NCBI GenBank assembly: GCA_030429505.1
Contig: JAUIFI010000001.1
Span: 780,001-812,000 of the forward strand
DNA length: 32,000 nt
DNA from: Candidatus Saccharimonadota bacterium
GTDB taxonomy: Bacteria; Patescibacteriota; Gracilibacteria; UBA4473
Reading direction: 5' to 3'
Shown: one piece after another, positions 6,569-17,200 of the stretch
Layout: each line of letters begins with the position of its first letter
How positions within the stretch are numbered: position 1 is the stretch's first letter
Translations under genes and position numbers: made by a program
Notes under the pieces: model-generated
What the model saw: the letters and a program-made list of their open reading frames with translations, nothing else
Database searches by the model: none
What the model was told of the DNA's origin: nothing

Positions 6569-8011
6569 ATGTTGCCAGAAATTTTTTTGCAGAACACCCT
6601 CACCGGAAAAAAAGAAACTTTTAAACCCCTAAAAGCTGGTGAAGTTAAAATCTACTCCTGCGGTCCCACCGTCTACGACTTTGCCCATATAGGCAACTTC
6701 CGCTCCTTTATGATGGCAGATCTCCTCACCAGAGTCTTTGAGTATGCCGGATATAAAACTACCAAAGTTCAAAATATCACAGATGTAGGACATCTCGTAT
6801 CTGACCACGACGAAGGCGAAGATAAAATTCTCAAAAAAGCCCGCTTAGAAAAAAAAGATCCTTTTGCCATAGCTCGTTTTTTCGAAGATGCCTTTATAGA
6901 AGACGAAAAAGTCCTCCGCATCCTCCCACCAGATCACAGACCTCGTGCCACTGACTACATTACCGAACAAATCAACCTCACCCAAAAACTCATTGCCAAA
7001 GGATTTGCCTATGAAGTTAACGGATCAGTCTATTTCAGAACCGAGCAATTCAAAACATACGGTCAACTCTCCAAAAACAAACTCGAAGACCTCATCGCCG
7101 GAGCAAGAATAGAAATAAATGATGAAAAAGAAAAACCTCTCGACTTCGCTCTCTGGAAAAAAGCCGAACCCAATCACCTCATGCAATGGGACAGTCCTTG
7201 GGGACGAGGATATCCCGGCTGGCATATCGAATGCTCTGCCATGAGCCAAAAGCTACTCGGAGATCACTTTGACATCCATACCGGTGGAGAAGACAATAAG
7301 TTTCCCCACCACGAATGTGAAATAGCTCAAAATGAAGGAGCAAACGGCGGACACAAATCCGTCAACTACTGGCTCCACACCAAACACCTCCTCGTTGATG
7401 GAGAGAAAATGAGTAAAAGCAAAGGCAACTTCTACACCATTCGCGACTTATTAAAAAAAGGCTGGAAAGGCGAAGAAATCCGTTACGCCCTTCTCTCAGC
7501 TCACTATCGAACCACCCTCAATTTCTCTGAAAATACTCTCACACAAGCTCGTAGCTCCATTGCCAGAATGAGAGAAGCTCACAGAATCTGCCAGGAAAAA
7601 TCCAAAGATCAATACGATATTAATGAAAACTTCATCCTCCCATACGCAAACGAATTTCAAAGAGCTCTCAATGACGACCTCAACATACCAGAAGCCTTGG
7701 CGACAGTATTTACACTCATCCAAGATCTAATGAAAAAACGAGAACTCAACCAATTGACAGCCGCCCAAGCCCGTAGCGCTGGCTTATTTTTTGAAAAAGA
7801 TTTCGACCAGATTTTTTCTGTCCTCTTTCCGGAAAAAATTATTTCTGAATCAGAAAAAAAAGAAATTGAAACTCTTATAAAAAAAAGAAAACAAGTTCGT
7901 AACGACAAAGATTGGGCGACATCAGATCTCATTCGAAACCAAATCGAATCGCAATTCGGAGTTGAATTAATCGACGAATCAGGTACCACTACATGGCGAA
8001 TAAAACAATAA
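6569..8011 (+). CDS. cysS: Cysteinyl-tRNA synthetase
   Basis: 480 aa. Class I motifs HIGN (AHIGNFRS) and KMSKS, plus the CysRS zinc-site context WHIECSAM. Confidence 0.95.
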   Translation: MLPEIFLQNTLTGKKETFKPLKAGEVKIYSCGPTVYDFAHIGNFRSFMMADLLTRVFEYAGYKTTKVQNITDVGHLVSDHDEGEDKILKKARLEKKDPFAIARFFEDAFIEDEKVLRILPPDHRPRATDYITEQINLTQKLIAKGFAYEVNGSVYFRTEQFKTYGQLSKNKLEDLIAGARIEINDEKEKPLDFALWKKAEPNHLMQWDSPWGRGYPGWHIECSAMSQKLLGDHFDIHTGGEDNKFPHHECEIAQNEGANGGHKSVNYWLHTKHLLVDGEKMSKSKGNFYTIRDLLKKGWKGEEIRYALLSAHYRTTLNFSENTLTQARSSIARMREAHRICQEKSKDQYDINENFILPYANEFQRALNDDLNIPEALATVFTLIQDLMKKRELNQLTAAQARSAGLFFEKDFDQIFSVLFPEKIISESEKKEIETLIKKRKQVRNDKDWATSDLIRNQIESQFGVELIDESGTTTWRIKQ

Positions 8012-8038
8012 AAAACTTCTCCCAAAAAACCAACATAT

Positions 8039-8968
8039 ATGCTTGAAATCATCCTTTTCGCTATCCTCTCACAACCAGCTCAAGATCTCTTTGGAGGAAC
8101 TGAAAACGCCCACGCCCTCCCCCAAATAGAAATCTTTAAACCGAGCCTGTGGCCACAAAAAGTCAGTCAAAAAGTTGCCCCAAAACTCATCGAAGATCCA
8201 CGCACAGCAATCCTCGCCATCGACACCAATTCCGGAAAAACCTTGCTCAATAAAAACGCCGACCGTCCCCAATACATCGCCTCGCTCAGTAAGCTCATGA
8301 CCGCCCTCATAATTCTGGAAAATCACGAACTCGATGAAGTAGTCACCATTCCCTTCGCCGCTACCAAAGCTCAAGGATCACAAATAGAACTCTATGAATA
8401 CGAAAAACTCACCATCAAAACACTCCTCGAAGCCCTCCTCATACCATCCGCTAATGATGCTGCTGTAGCTCTAGCCCTCTATCACGAAGATATGTTTGGT
8501 GTAAACTTTGTCGACACTATGAATGAAAAAGCCAAATCTCTCGGGCTTCATTCGGCTCAATTTTTAAATCCCACCGGACTCGACATAACCATCAGAAAAA
8601 ACAATCGATCAGACGAAACGAAAGTCACCGGAAACATCATGTCCGCTCGAGACATTACAAAGCTTGCCAGAATTCTTCTCAAATACGATTTTGTAAGAGA
8701 AATCGTCTCTCAAAAACATTTCTATGGAACATCCGTTGACGAAGAATTTTTTCATGAAAAGGCCTCCACCAATGAACTCCTCGACAGCTTTCTCAATATC
8801 ACAGGACTCAAAACCGGCTTCACCAATCTCGCTGGACAATGTTTCGTAGCACTCGGAACCACAAACGAAGGAAATGAAATCATAACCGTTATCTTGGGAT
8901 CTGAAGACCGATTTGGCGAAACCAAAAACCTCATTAGTTGGATCTATGACGCTTACACGTGGAAGTAA
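8039..8968 (+). CDS. D-alanyl-D-alanine carboxypeptidase (peptidase S11, PBP5-like)
   Basis: 309 aa. Carries the three penicillin-binding motifs SLSK (SxxK), SAND (SxN) and KTGFT (KTG). Confidence 0.85.
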   Translation: MLEIILFAILSQPAQDLFGGTENAHALPQIEIFKPSLWPQKVSQKVAPKLIEDPRTAILAIDTNSGKTLLNKNADRPQYIASLSKLMTALIILENHELDEVVTIPFAATKAQGSQIELYEYEKLTIKTLLEALLIPSANDAAVALALYHEDMFGVNFVDTMNEKAKSLGLHSAQFLNPTGLDITIRKNNRSDETKVTGNIMSARDITKLARILLKYDFVREIVSQKHFYGTSVDEEFFHEKASTNELLDSFLNITGLKTGFTNLAGQCFVALGTTNEGNEIITVILGSEDRFGETKNLISWIYDAYTWK

Positions 8969-9070
8969 AAATATATATTTCTTGATATATTCTCGCTCTT
9001 GGAGATGTTATCATCTCCATACTCAGCATTACTCTATACAAAGACGATGACGTCTTCGTAAGCTATAAAA

Positions 9071-9147
9071 TGTCATTCTGAATTTATTTCAGAATCTCCT
9101 CTAGGCTTCGTTTATGATTGAGATCCTGAATCAAGTTCAGGATGACA
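9071..9147. repeat. Paired-hairpin palindromic element, short form (copy B)
   Basis: Left unit: TGTC-ATTCTGAA-tttat-TTCAGAAT-C (9071..9096). A 25-nt spacer follows. Right unit: G-ATCCTGAA-tcaag-TTCAGGAT-GACA (9122..9147). It lies between the convergent 3' ends of the carboxypeptidase gene and metG. Confidence 0.75.
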
Positions 9148-9150
9148 CAA

Positions 9151-10578
9151 TTATTTCCTCTCAAACAAAATTTCTGCATCTCCAACCTTCTCATCATCAC
9201 CCAGCATTTTTCGCATCTTCACTACACTCTCTGGCAAAATAACCTCAGCCATATCAGTAAGAGTCACAAGCATAGTCAAAAGCTTATTCATACTAGCCCG
9301 AGCATCAGGCGGATCTAGCTTCCATGGCTGAACATCATTGATATGCCTATTACAAGCATCTACCATTTCGAAAAATACATCTAGAGCTTCTTTTACCCTC
9401 TTTTTTTCCAAAGCCTGAGAAAACCTTTCCTCCCAACCTTCTCCACTTTTTTGAGATTTTTCTATGTATGGTTTTTTTCCATCCCACAATTTATGAAAAA
9501 GAGTTATGACCCGATTAAATAAATTTCCAACACCTCCCGACAACTTCGTCCGGTAAAAGTCATCAAAATGAGCCAATGAAAAATCACCATCATTTCCAAA
9601 TTCAAAACTTGAGAGCAAGCCCACTCGAAGCGCATCATTCCCATACTTCTCAGAGAGCTCCAAAGGAGAAATAACATTCCCCAAACTTTTCGACATCTTC
9701 ACCCCATCAATCGTAAAAAAACCATGCGCAAAAACATTTTTCGGCAACTCAATCCCCGCACTCATCAACATCGCTGGCCAAATCACACAATGAAACCGAA
9801 TAATATCCTTCCCAATAATATGCTGCGCCGACTCCCAAAAATGCTCATACTTCGTTCCCTGTAACGCCGAATAATAATTGATCAAAGCATCAAACCAGAC
9901 ATACACCTTATGCTTCGGATCAATTGGTAACGGAATCCCAAACTCCGCCGTCTCTCGAGAAATTGATACGTCCTCCAAACCAGACTTTATAAAGCTCATC
10001 ACTTCATTACGTCGAGAATCTGGCATCAACTGCTCTGGCTGATTTTTATACCACTTTATTAACTCATCTTGATACTTCGAAAGCCTAAAAAAATAATTCT
10101 CCTCTTCCAAAAGCTGAGGTGGGCGCTTATGGTGAGGACAATAACCATGTTCATCCAATTCTGAATCCTTGATAAACGCTTCACACCCCGTACAATACTT
10201 GCCCACGTAAGTATCCTTATAGATATCACCCTTTCCGTGAATTTTTTTAAAAACCTCATTCACTACACCCCAATGTCTCTTTTCTGTAGTTCGAATAAAA
10301 TCATCATACGAAACTCCGATTTGATCCCAGGTTGATTTCCATATACCAGCCATCTCATCCAAATACTCGGGAATATCCTTCCCAGAAGCTTTCGCAGCAT
10401 CGACCGTTTTTTGAGAATTTTCATCCGTCCCCGTCAGAAAAAACACATTTTCCTTTCCAATCTTCTTTCGCCAATAACGCACCAAAGTATCTGTTGCCAA
10501 AGTACAATACGCATGACCGATATGAGGCACGTCATTCACATAATAAATCGGCGTCGTCAGATAAACTTCCTGTGACAT
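9151..10578 (-). CDS. metG: Methionyl-tRNA synthetase (short form)
   Basis: 475 aa from the ATG at 10578 (MSQEVYLTTPIYYVNDVPHIGHAY). HIGH and KMSKS motifs, Cys/His knuckle CTGCEAF...CPHH. The 17-aa N-terminal extension in the track is rejected. Confidence 0.93.
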   Translation of the reverse strand: MSQEVYLTTPIYYVNDVPHIGHAYCTLATDTLVRYWRKKIGKENVFFLTGTDENSQKTVDAAKASGKDIPEYLDEMAGIWKSTWDQIGVSYDDFIRTTEKRHWGVVNEVFKKIHGKGDIYKDTYVGKYCTGCEAFIKDSELDEHGYCPHHKRPPQLLEEENYFFRLSKYQDELIKWYKNQPEQLMPDSRRNEVMSFIKSGLEDVSISRETAEFGIPLPIDPKHKVYVWFDALINYYSALQGTKYEHFWESAQHIIGKDIIRFHCVIWPAMLMSAGIELPKNVFAHGFFTIDGVKMSKSLGNVISPLELSEKYGNDALRVGLLSSFEFGNDGDFSLAHFDDFYRTKLSGGVGNLFNRVITLFHKLWDGKKPYIEKSQKSGEGWEERFSQALEKKRVKEALDVFFEMVDACNRHINDVQPWKLDPPDARASMNKLLTMLVTLTDMAEVILPESVVKMRKMLGDDEKVGDAEILFERK

Positions 10579-10584
10579 ACCCCA

Positions 10585-10612
10585 TTTGTACTGAAAAAAA
10601 GCATTTTGTCGA
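10585..10612 (-). promoter_or_regulatory. Putative metG promoter (leaderless geometry)
   Basis: On the minus strand: TCGACA (10612..10607), 16 nt, TACAAA (10590..10585). Only 6 nt separate the -10 box from the ATG. Confidence 0.35.
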
Positions 10613-10676
10613 ACGATTCCGCCTCTCAAGCCTCTAAAAATCTAACCCGAAACATAACTCTTTTGAAAATTCACTT

Positions 10677-13600
10677 TTATTCTTCGAACGTGACTCTTTG
10701 ACTAATTTTATTCACGGGAACTTTAGAACCACCAGCAATATCATTAATAACAGCACCTTGATCACTCCCTCCATAAATAATCGTCTGATGCAGTGACTGA
10801 GAATCAAGCACTTTCTGAACAGAAAGTTCATACTTTTCAATTATTTTAGAAGAAGCTATAGACTTAAGCTGCTTAAATGACTTTCGAACATCATCAAACC
10901 GTCTTAACTTCAAATTAGCCTGCAATTTCAATTCAACAAAATATACGTCATTATAAAAATTTATATCTTCTCTCACAAGAACGTTAAGATATCGGAGCAA
11001 TAAACCAGGCTGAGAAATAAATGTTTTAGCTTTTTTTCTAACGCTCTTAGATCCCTCATTAAGAAGTGTTTTCACTAAAGACAAAAGATCATACTCTATC
11101 TTGCTAGAAAGAGTATGAATGTATACAACATTTGATCCACTCCCTAAAATGGAAGTTAAAGACATATAAAGTTTATAACAGTCTAACAAAGTCCTTCTAT
11201 TTTTAACTTTTTGAGTGATCAATAGCTCCAAGTCTTTTGCCTTTTGAATACTATTGTTTTGAAGAAAAAATCTATGAATTTGAACAAAGTGAGATAAATT
11301 GCGTTTATCATAAGTTTTCAAGTTAAGTATATCTTGAATACCAAAATTCAAATCCAACATTCTCCTAAGTACAATTTCTAGCAAATCTAAATCCGAATTA
11401 GAAAAAGCATGATTAAGGAAAACACCAAGAGAATGAGAATTTTCAGTCATCTTTACACGGTTAAAAACCATGTAAAAAACATCCTCAGTTTTCTGTGGAT
11501 CTTCATGATGTGGCAAATCACGAACTAGATTCAAGAGAGCAAGTAAAGAAGATTGGTCAAAGGGAAGTTTCTTAAGGATATTTTCATACATTAATCGAGC
11601 TTCTTGAGGTCTATTTTTTTCTTTATTAATCTTAGCTTGTTTTCGACAAAAAGTAATATCGATGCTTACAACGTCTTCATATTCACACCCTGTAATAGAT
11701 TTAAAAATAAGACAGGCTTTAGAATGATTTGGATTTCTTTTAAAAATTGTTTTACATATCAAAAATGCCGATTCACACATATTCCTTTCTAAATATACTT
11801 GTGCCATTTCAGCTAACACAATGAGCTTTTGGTTTGTATCTTCGGAAAGATTTTTAAGTAAATCAATACGTGTTTGAAAATCTCCTTCGCTTTTGTTTTT
11901 TATATCCTGAAAAACAGATACAAACTTTGCTTCATCAGATTGACTTGATCCATACTCAAAACCAGTAAAGTCATTATACATTTTTAATGCAGCATGATTG
12001 ACAGAGTCAAAAGCAAGCCAACGAACACAATACTGTAAAGCCTGATCAATCTTATTCATATTGCGAAGCTGACAAATAATAGACGAAAGCAAAGAAGAGT
12101 TTTGAGGATCTTTCTCCAAATTCTGCACCATAAGATCAAGTTTTTTATTATCATCTCCTTCACTCAAAACTCTTATTCGAAGTCGATCAAACCATGAATG
12201 AAGGTCATTATCCAGAATGTTTGTTTCATCTATGGTATTTAAAAGGCTGGAAGCTTCAACAAAATAACCATCTCGCAACAAGTAACTAACTCGTTCTAAA
12301 AAAACTCGAACTTCTTCATTTTTCTCAGAAGAAACTGGTTCATCCGAAACATCTGAATATTTTTTGTCCTCAGAAAGTGCGTCCAAGTATATTGTATATT
12401 CTTCTATTTCCTGCTGATCTCCACCAGCAAGTAAAAAAAACTCTAAAACACTCTTTAGACTTTCATAAGAGCAATTACTTTGCATAAGTCTATGAGCAGC
12501 TCGCAAATAAACTACCAACGGAAAAGAAGTTAAACATTTATTGATAACATTAAGCCATTCTTCATTAGAAGCCTTGGCGGCCTCAAACAACAATGTTACT
12601 GGTACATCCAAAAGACCGTCCCATGGTTGTATACAAAAATATAATCTCTGAGTGATTAAGCTTTGAATATCATTCGCTCTAGATTCATTTCCCAGTTCAA
12701 GAAATGAAGATTGCAACCTCATAATATTAATTATAGCCTCCATATTAAAAGGGTCATGCTGTATTACTCGAAAAAATAAAATAAAAGCTTCATCTAAGAC
12801 CTCGGATTGTGTAGCCTGTAAAGCTCTTTTCATATTTTTTCGAATATCTACTGTATTCACAGGATCATAATCAAACCCTGAAATAGACTTATACATATCT
12901 AGTGCTTTCTTATTATCCGAATTTTCAATTAAAACTCTTTTACAGTGAGCAAAGGCTGCCCTAAATTTATTTGCTGCAAACTGAGTTTGTGCATATCGCA
13001 ACTGCTGTTCTTCTTCCATTTTTTCAAAAAAACCTAATTGCTCCATTCTTTTTCGAATAAATCTTTTAGGTCCTATCCTCTTACGAGCAACAGCAAACCG
13101 AAAAAGTTGATTCAGTGATTTCTTTGAATCTAACATTTCAATATGCTTAAAAATAATTTCTCTTAATATTTCTTTTTGAGAATTATCCTGCCTGAAAGAT
13201 ATATCTACTCTCAAAAGCCTCATTAAGGCATTCAAATGAAACGGATTTATTTGCAATACTTTCTCGGATAATAGTTGAGCTTTTTGAAAATCATTAGATC
13301 GAAAGCTTTCTTCCGCTTTTAAATCAAGAAACGAAACATCTGTATTTTTTTCATCATTATATTCAAAACCTGTAATAGTTTTAAATATAGAAGCTGCTTG
13401 CACATGATTTGGATTTCTTTTAAGAACCTCCTTACACATCAAAAATGCCGACTCATACATATTCCCTTCCAAGTAAGTTTGTGCCATCTCAATCAAAACT
13501 ACTAAATTTCTATAGGTATCATCCAAAAGATCTTCTAATAAATCTATACGCTCTCGAACATTAGATCCACTCTTTTTCTTAATATTCTCAAAAACATCTT

Positions 13601-14231
13601 TAAAACGCTCTATTTCAGGTTCTTCCAGCCCATATTCAAATCCAGTAAGATCACAAAACATTCGAAAAGCATCTTTATGCTCTAAATCCACATCAAGAGA
13701 TTTCTTACAATACTCTGCAGCTGTTTCAAATTGTCCCAAATAAAAAAAACCTCTAGCAATAGCAAAAAGTAAATATGAATTGTCCGGGTAATCTTGAAGC
13801 GACTGGATCATTAAATTGACTCTTTGAGTTTTATTTCCAGCACTCAAAGCTTTAGATCGAACAAGAATAAATGATGCAAGAATTTGAGCATCTGTAATAT
13901 ATGATTCATTTATAGAAAATAAAATTTCTCGTGCCTGAGAAAAATTGTTATCGTCCATTAAATGATTAGCTTCCTCAATAAGAGTTTTCGTTTCTTCATT
14001 TTTCGAGTACTCTTCCAAAGAAGCATTCGTAACGTGAGTTGTACCAAAAACTACGTTTTGAACTATTTCTAATGATGCAGTAGAAGTAGATACAACTTCT
14101 TTTATCCCTTCATCTAAACCACGAACCTCACCATGTTCATCAGAACGCGAAGACCCCTTTTTCTCATTTTCAATCCCCATCAAAGAGTTAATAACATTAT
14201 AAAGAGAAGTAGTCAATAAAATTACTCGCAC
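10677..14231 (-). CDS. Large (1184 aa) helical/TPR-like repeat protein with an internal duplication; function unknown
   Basis: One uninterrupted ORF with no TM segment or signal peptide. Predicted alpha-helical repeats. A motif (NPNH..A...FK.ITGFEY and variants) recurs 5 times. The GTG start at 14231 is 7 nt after the RND stop, and an alternative ATG lies at 14180. Confidence 0.7.
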   Translation of the reverse strand: MRVILLTTSLYNVINSLMGIENEKKGSSRSDEHGEVRGLDEGIKEVVSTSTASLEIVQNVVFGTTHVTNASLEEYSKNEETKTLIEEANHLMDDNNFSQAREILFSINESYITDAQILASFILVRSKALSAGNKTQRVNLMIQSLQDYPDNSYLLFAIARGFFYLGQFETAAEYCKKSLDVDLEHKDAFRMFCDLTGFEYGLEEPEIERFKDVFENIKKKSGSNVRERIDLLEDLLDDTYRNLVVLIEMAQTYLEGNMYESAFLMCKEVLKRNPNHVQAASIFKTITGFEYNDEKNTDVSFLDLKAEESFRSNDFQKAQLLSEKVLQINPFHLNALMRLLRVDISFRQDNSQKEILREIIFKHIEMLDSKKSLNQLFRFAVARKRIGPKRFIRKRMEQLGFFEKMEEEQQLRYAQTQFAANKFRAAFAHCKRVLIENSDNKKALDMYKSISGFDYDPVNTVDIRKNMKRALQATQSEVLDEAFILFFRVIQHDPFNMEAIINIMRLQSSFLELGNESRANDIQSLITQRLYFCIQPWDGLLDVPVTLLFEAAKASNEEWLNVINKCLTSFPLVVYLRAAHRLMQSNCSYESLKSVLEFFLLAGGDQQEIEEYTIYLDALSEDKKYSDVSDEPVSSEKNEEVRVFLERVSYLLRDGYFVEASSLLNTIDETNILDNDLHSWFDRLRIRVLSEGDDNKKLDLMVQNLEKDPQNSSLLSSIICQLRNMNKIDQALQYCVRWLAFDSVNHAALKMYNDFTGFEYGSSQSDEAKFVSVFQDIKNKSEGDFQTRIDLLKNLSEDTNQKLIVLAEMAQVYLERNMCESAFLICKTIFKRNPNHSKACLIFKSITGCEYEDVVSIDITFCRKQAKINKEKNRPQEARLMYENILKKLPFDQSSLLALLNLVRDLPHHEDPQKTEDVFYMVFNRVKMTENSHSLGVFLNHAFSNSDLDLLEIVLRRMLDLNFGIQDILNLKTYDKRNLSHFVQIHRFFLQNNSIQKAKDLELLITQKVKNRRTLLDCYKLYMSLTSILGSGSNVVYIHTLSSKIEYDLLSLVKTLLNEGSKSVRKKAKTFISQPGLLLRYLNVLVREDINFYNDVYFVELKLQANLKLRRFDDVRKSFKQLKSIASSKIIEKYELSVQKVLDSQSLHQTIIYGGSDQGAVINDIAGGSKVPVNKISQRVTFEE

Positions 14232-14237
14232 ATCAAA

Positions 14238-17200
14238 TTATTCATTCTTCACGACCTTCCCACACCATTTGCATAACCTTGCAATACCTCTTCTCATACT
14301 ACTAAAAACCATCAAAAAACACGGAATCAAAAGCAATGTCAGTACCGTAGACAATACCATCCCAAAAACAACCGCAAATCCCAAACCTCCCCACACTTCA
14401 TCAGATAAAGATAAAGGCAGCATACCTACTACCGTTGTTACTGAAGTCAAAAAGATAGGCTGCATTCGTTCTTTCCCTGCTTCGATATATCCTTCGACTT
14501 CACTTTTTCTCCCTCCACCATCTGAATGCTGATGATTGATACGATCAATCAATACAATTGCATCATTCACAATAATCCCCGCTAGAGATACAATCCCGAT
14601 CATTGTTGGAAAAGACAATGGCAATCCCAAAATCCAGAAACCAATAAATACTCCCGTCAAAGACAAAGGAATCAGAGCCAAAATCACAAAAGGCTGCACA
14701 TAAGAATTAAACTGCCAGACCAAAACCAAGAAAATCAAAAATAAAGCCGCCAGCATCGCTCCAGACATTTCTCGAATCAAACGATTCCCTTCCTCACTTT
14801 CTCCCCCAATTTCAACCATCTCTCCAGGAACCGTATCCAAGTCATCAAGAATCGCTTGCAAATCAGATTCAAGCTGGGAAGCCGTAATACCTCTTTCTAA
14901 ATCTGCTCGCACATACATCACTCTCACTCCATCACGATGATCAATTTTAGATAATTCTGAAGACAAAGAAGCATCAGCAACCTGCTGTAACGTCACAAAG
15001 TTTCCGGAAGGTGTCTTCATCGGAATTCGATCTACATATTCCAATGACGTAGGATTGTCCCACGCTCTATCTCCTTCCCAATCAATTCGTACATCCACAT
15101 CAATCTCATCATCACCTTCCGTCAACTGAATCGCCGTCACACCATTAACCGAAGCTCGAAGCGTCTCCAAAACCGCGCTAGGTGTTAAGCCGAACCGAGC
15201 CAAAATATCCCGATCAAACTGCCACGTCAATTGAGTTACCCGTTCAGAACGAGAATCACGCACATTTTTCGCTGGCTGAATAGTTTGCCCTCCATGCTTT
15301 ATAGTCAAACTCTCTACACCTGCCTTTACTTGATCTATTAAACGCTCCAACCGTTCCAGATTTTGACCGATAAGTCTCACCTCGACAGGCGCACCAGTCG
15401 GAGGACCTGCCACTAATTCTGAAAACTCAAATTCAGCAAAAGGCGGGATTACTTTTTCCAGTTCCTTACGTAAGAGAGGCACAATCTCATAAGATTTCAT
15501 CTGACGACTATCCTTATCTGTGAGATTCAAAGTAATCCCCAGCACATTTTCCTCCGCCTGACCACTTTCTCCCGGCTGCCGTACCGCATCGGAAGACTTT
15601 CCCACTGTAAAAATAAAATTCTTTAAAAACACATCTCCATTTTCTTGGGGCTCAAAATACCGACGCAATACTCCTTCAATCGGATCAATCAATTTTTTAG
15701 TCTCTGACAGTTCAGTGCCTTCTGGTAACTCTGCCTTAGCCGTAAAAAGAACCTGATCAGATGAGGGAAAAACCTCCACTGGAACTTTTTTAGTAACGAG
15801 AAGACTAATCGAAAACAAAAACACTACCGCACTCAATCCCAGTACCATCCATACTTTCTTCAGAGAAGATAAAATAACTCTCATCTTCTCTCCATACCAA
15901 AACTGAAATGCACGAAGAAATTTTGCCTCTCTCTGCTTTTTTGGAGGAATAAAAGAGAAAAAACGAACCCCCAAACTTGGTAACAAAAACAAAGATACCA
16001 GTAACGCCCCAGTCAAACCAGCCATCACCGTAATCGGAATCACCCGCACATACTGACCACTCACTCCCGTAATGAAAAAAAGCATCGGTAAAAACGCAAA
16101 AAGCGTCGTCAACGTTCCCGTAATAATCGGCCAACGAAAAGTTTTCAGCGTATACACCGCTGCCTGACGTGGACTCATCCTCTTTTCATGAATCCCCGTC
16201 GACAAACCCTCTACGATGATAATCGCATTATCGACCAAAAGCCCCACGGACAAAACCAGTGAAAAAAGTGATACACCATTGAAAGTATCTCCCCGCAAAA
16301 AAAGCACGATAATCCCAATCAAAAGCGATAAAGGAATCGCTAAAGCCGCAAGCACAGATTCTCGCCACCCAATAGCAAGTAACATCACAATCGCAATCAA
16401 GATCAAAGTCTGTTTTCCACTCCCCGTCAAAGTCCCCAAACTTTCATTAATATCATCCGCTCGACTATAAGTCGTATCGACATTGAGTGACTGAGGCAAA
16501 AGCCCACTCAACTTCAAAGCCTCAACCCTCCCAAGCACTTCCCCCACCATAGTAATAACATTTCCTTTTGCCCCTGATTTAATGACATCAATCGAAACCG
16601 CCGGTCTCGAGGCATCCTTCGTCGAAAAAAACGTCTCCACCTCAAACGTATCAAATTCACGACGAATTTGAGCAAAATCTCCCAAACGAAGAATAATGCC
16701 ATTACTTGTCCGAACAGGAACATCCATAAATTCCGCCGCCGTTTCCAACTCACCCCTTACCGTCACCTCAATCTCTTGTCCATCTACCGTCACTTGCCCA
16801 AGAGGTAAATCTCTATGAGCAGAACGAATCGCTGAAATTACTTCATTTACCCCAATTCTTTGTGCCTCCAGCTTAATCGGATCCAACAAAATATGAACTT
16901 CTGTCTCTGGAGCACCATTGACCAAAACATCTTTTACCTTTGGAATCCCCTTCAAATCATCCTCAAGAATTTCAGAAAACTGCTTGAGCTCCGACCATGA
17001 AAAATCACCCGACAACGTCAATGAAATAATCGGAATATCAGACACACTTACTTCATTGATATCAGGATCATCCACAATCGTATCCGGCAATTCTTTTTCC
17101 GCCTGATCAATCTTTTCCCGCAATTTCTGCATATTTTCCAACTTGTCACTTTCGATATCAAACTCAACACTCACCACCGACACCCCTGACATCGAAACTG

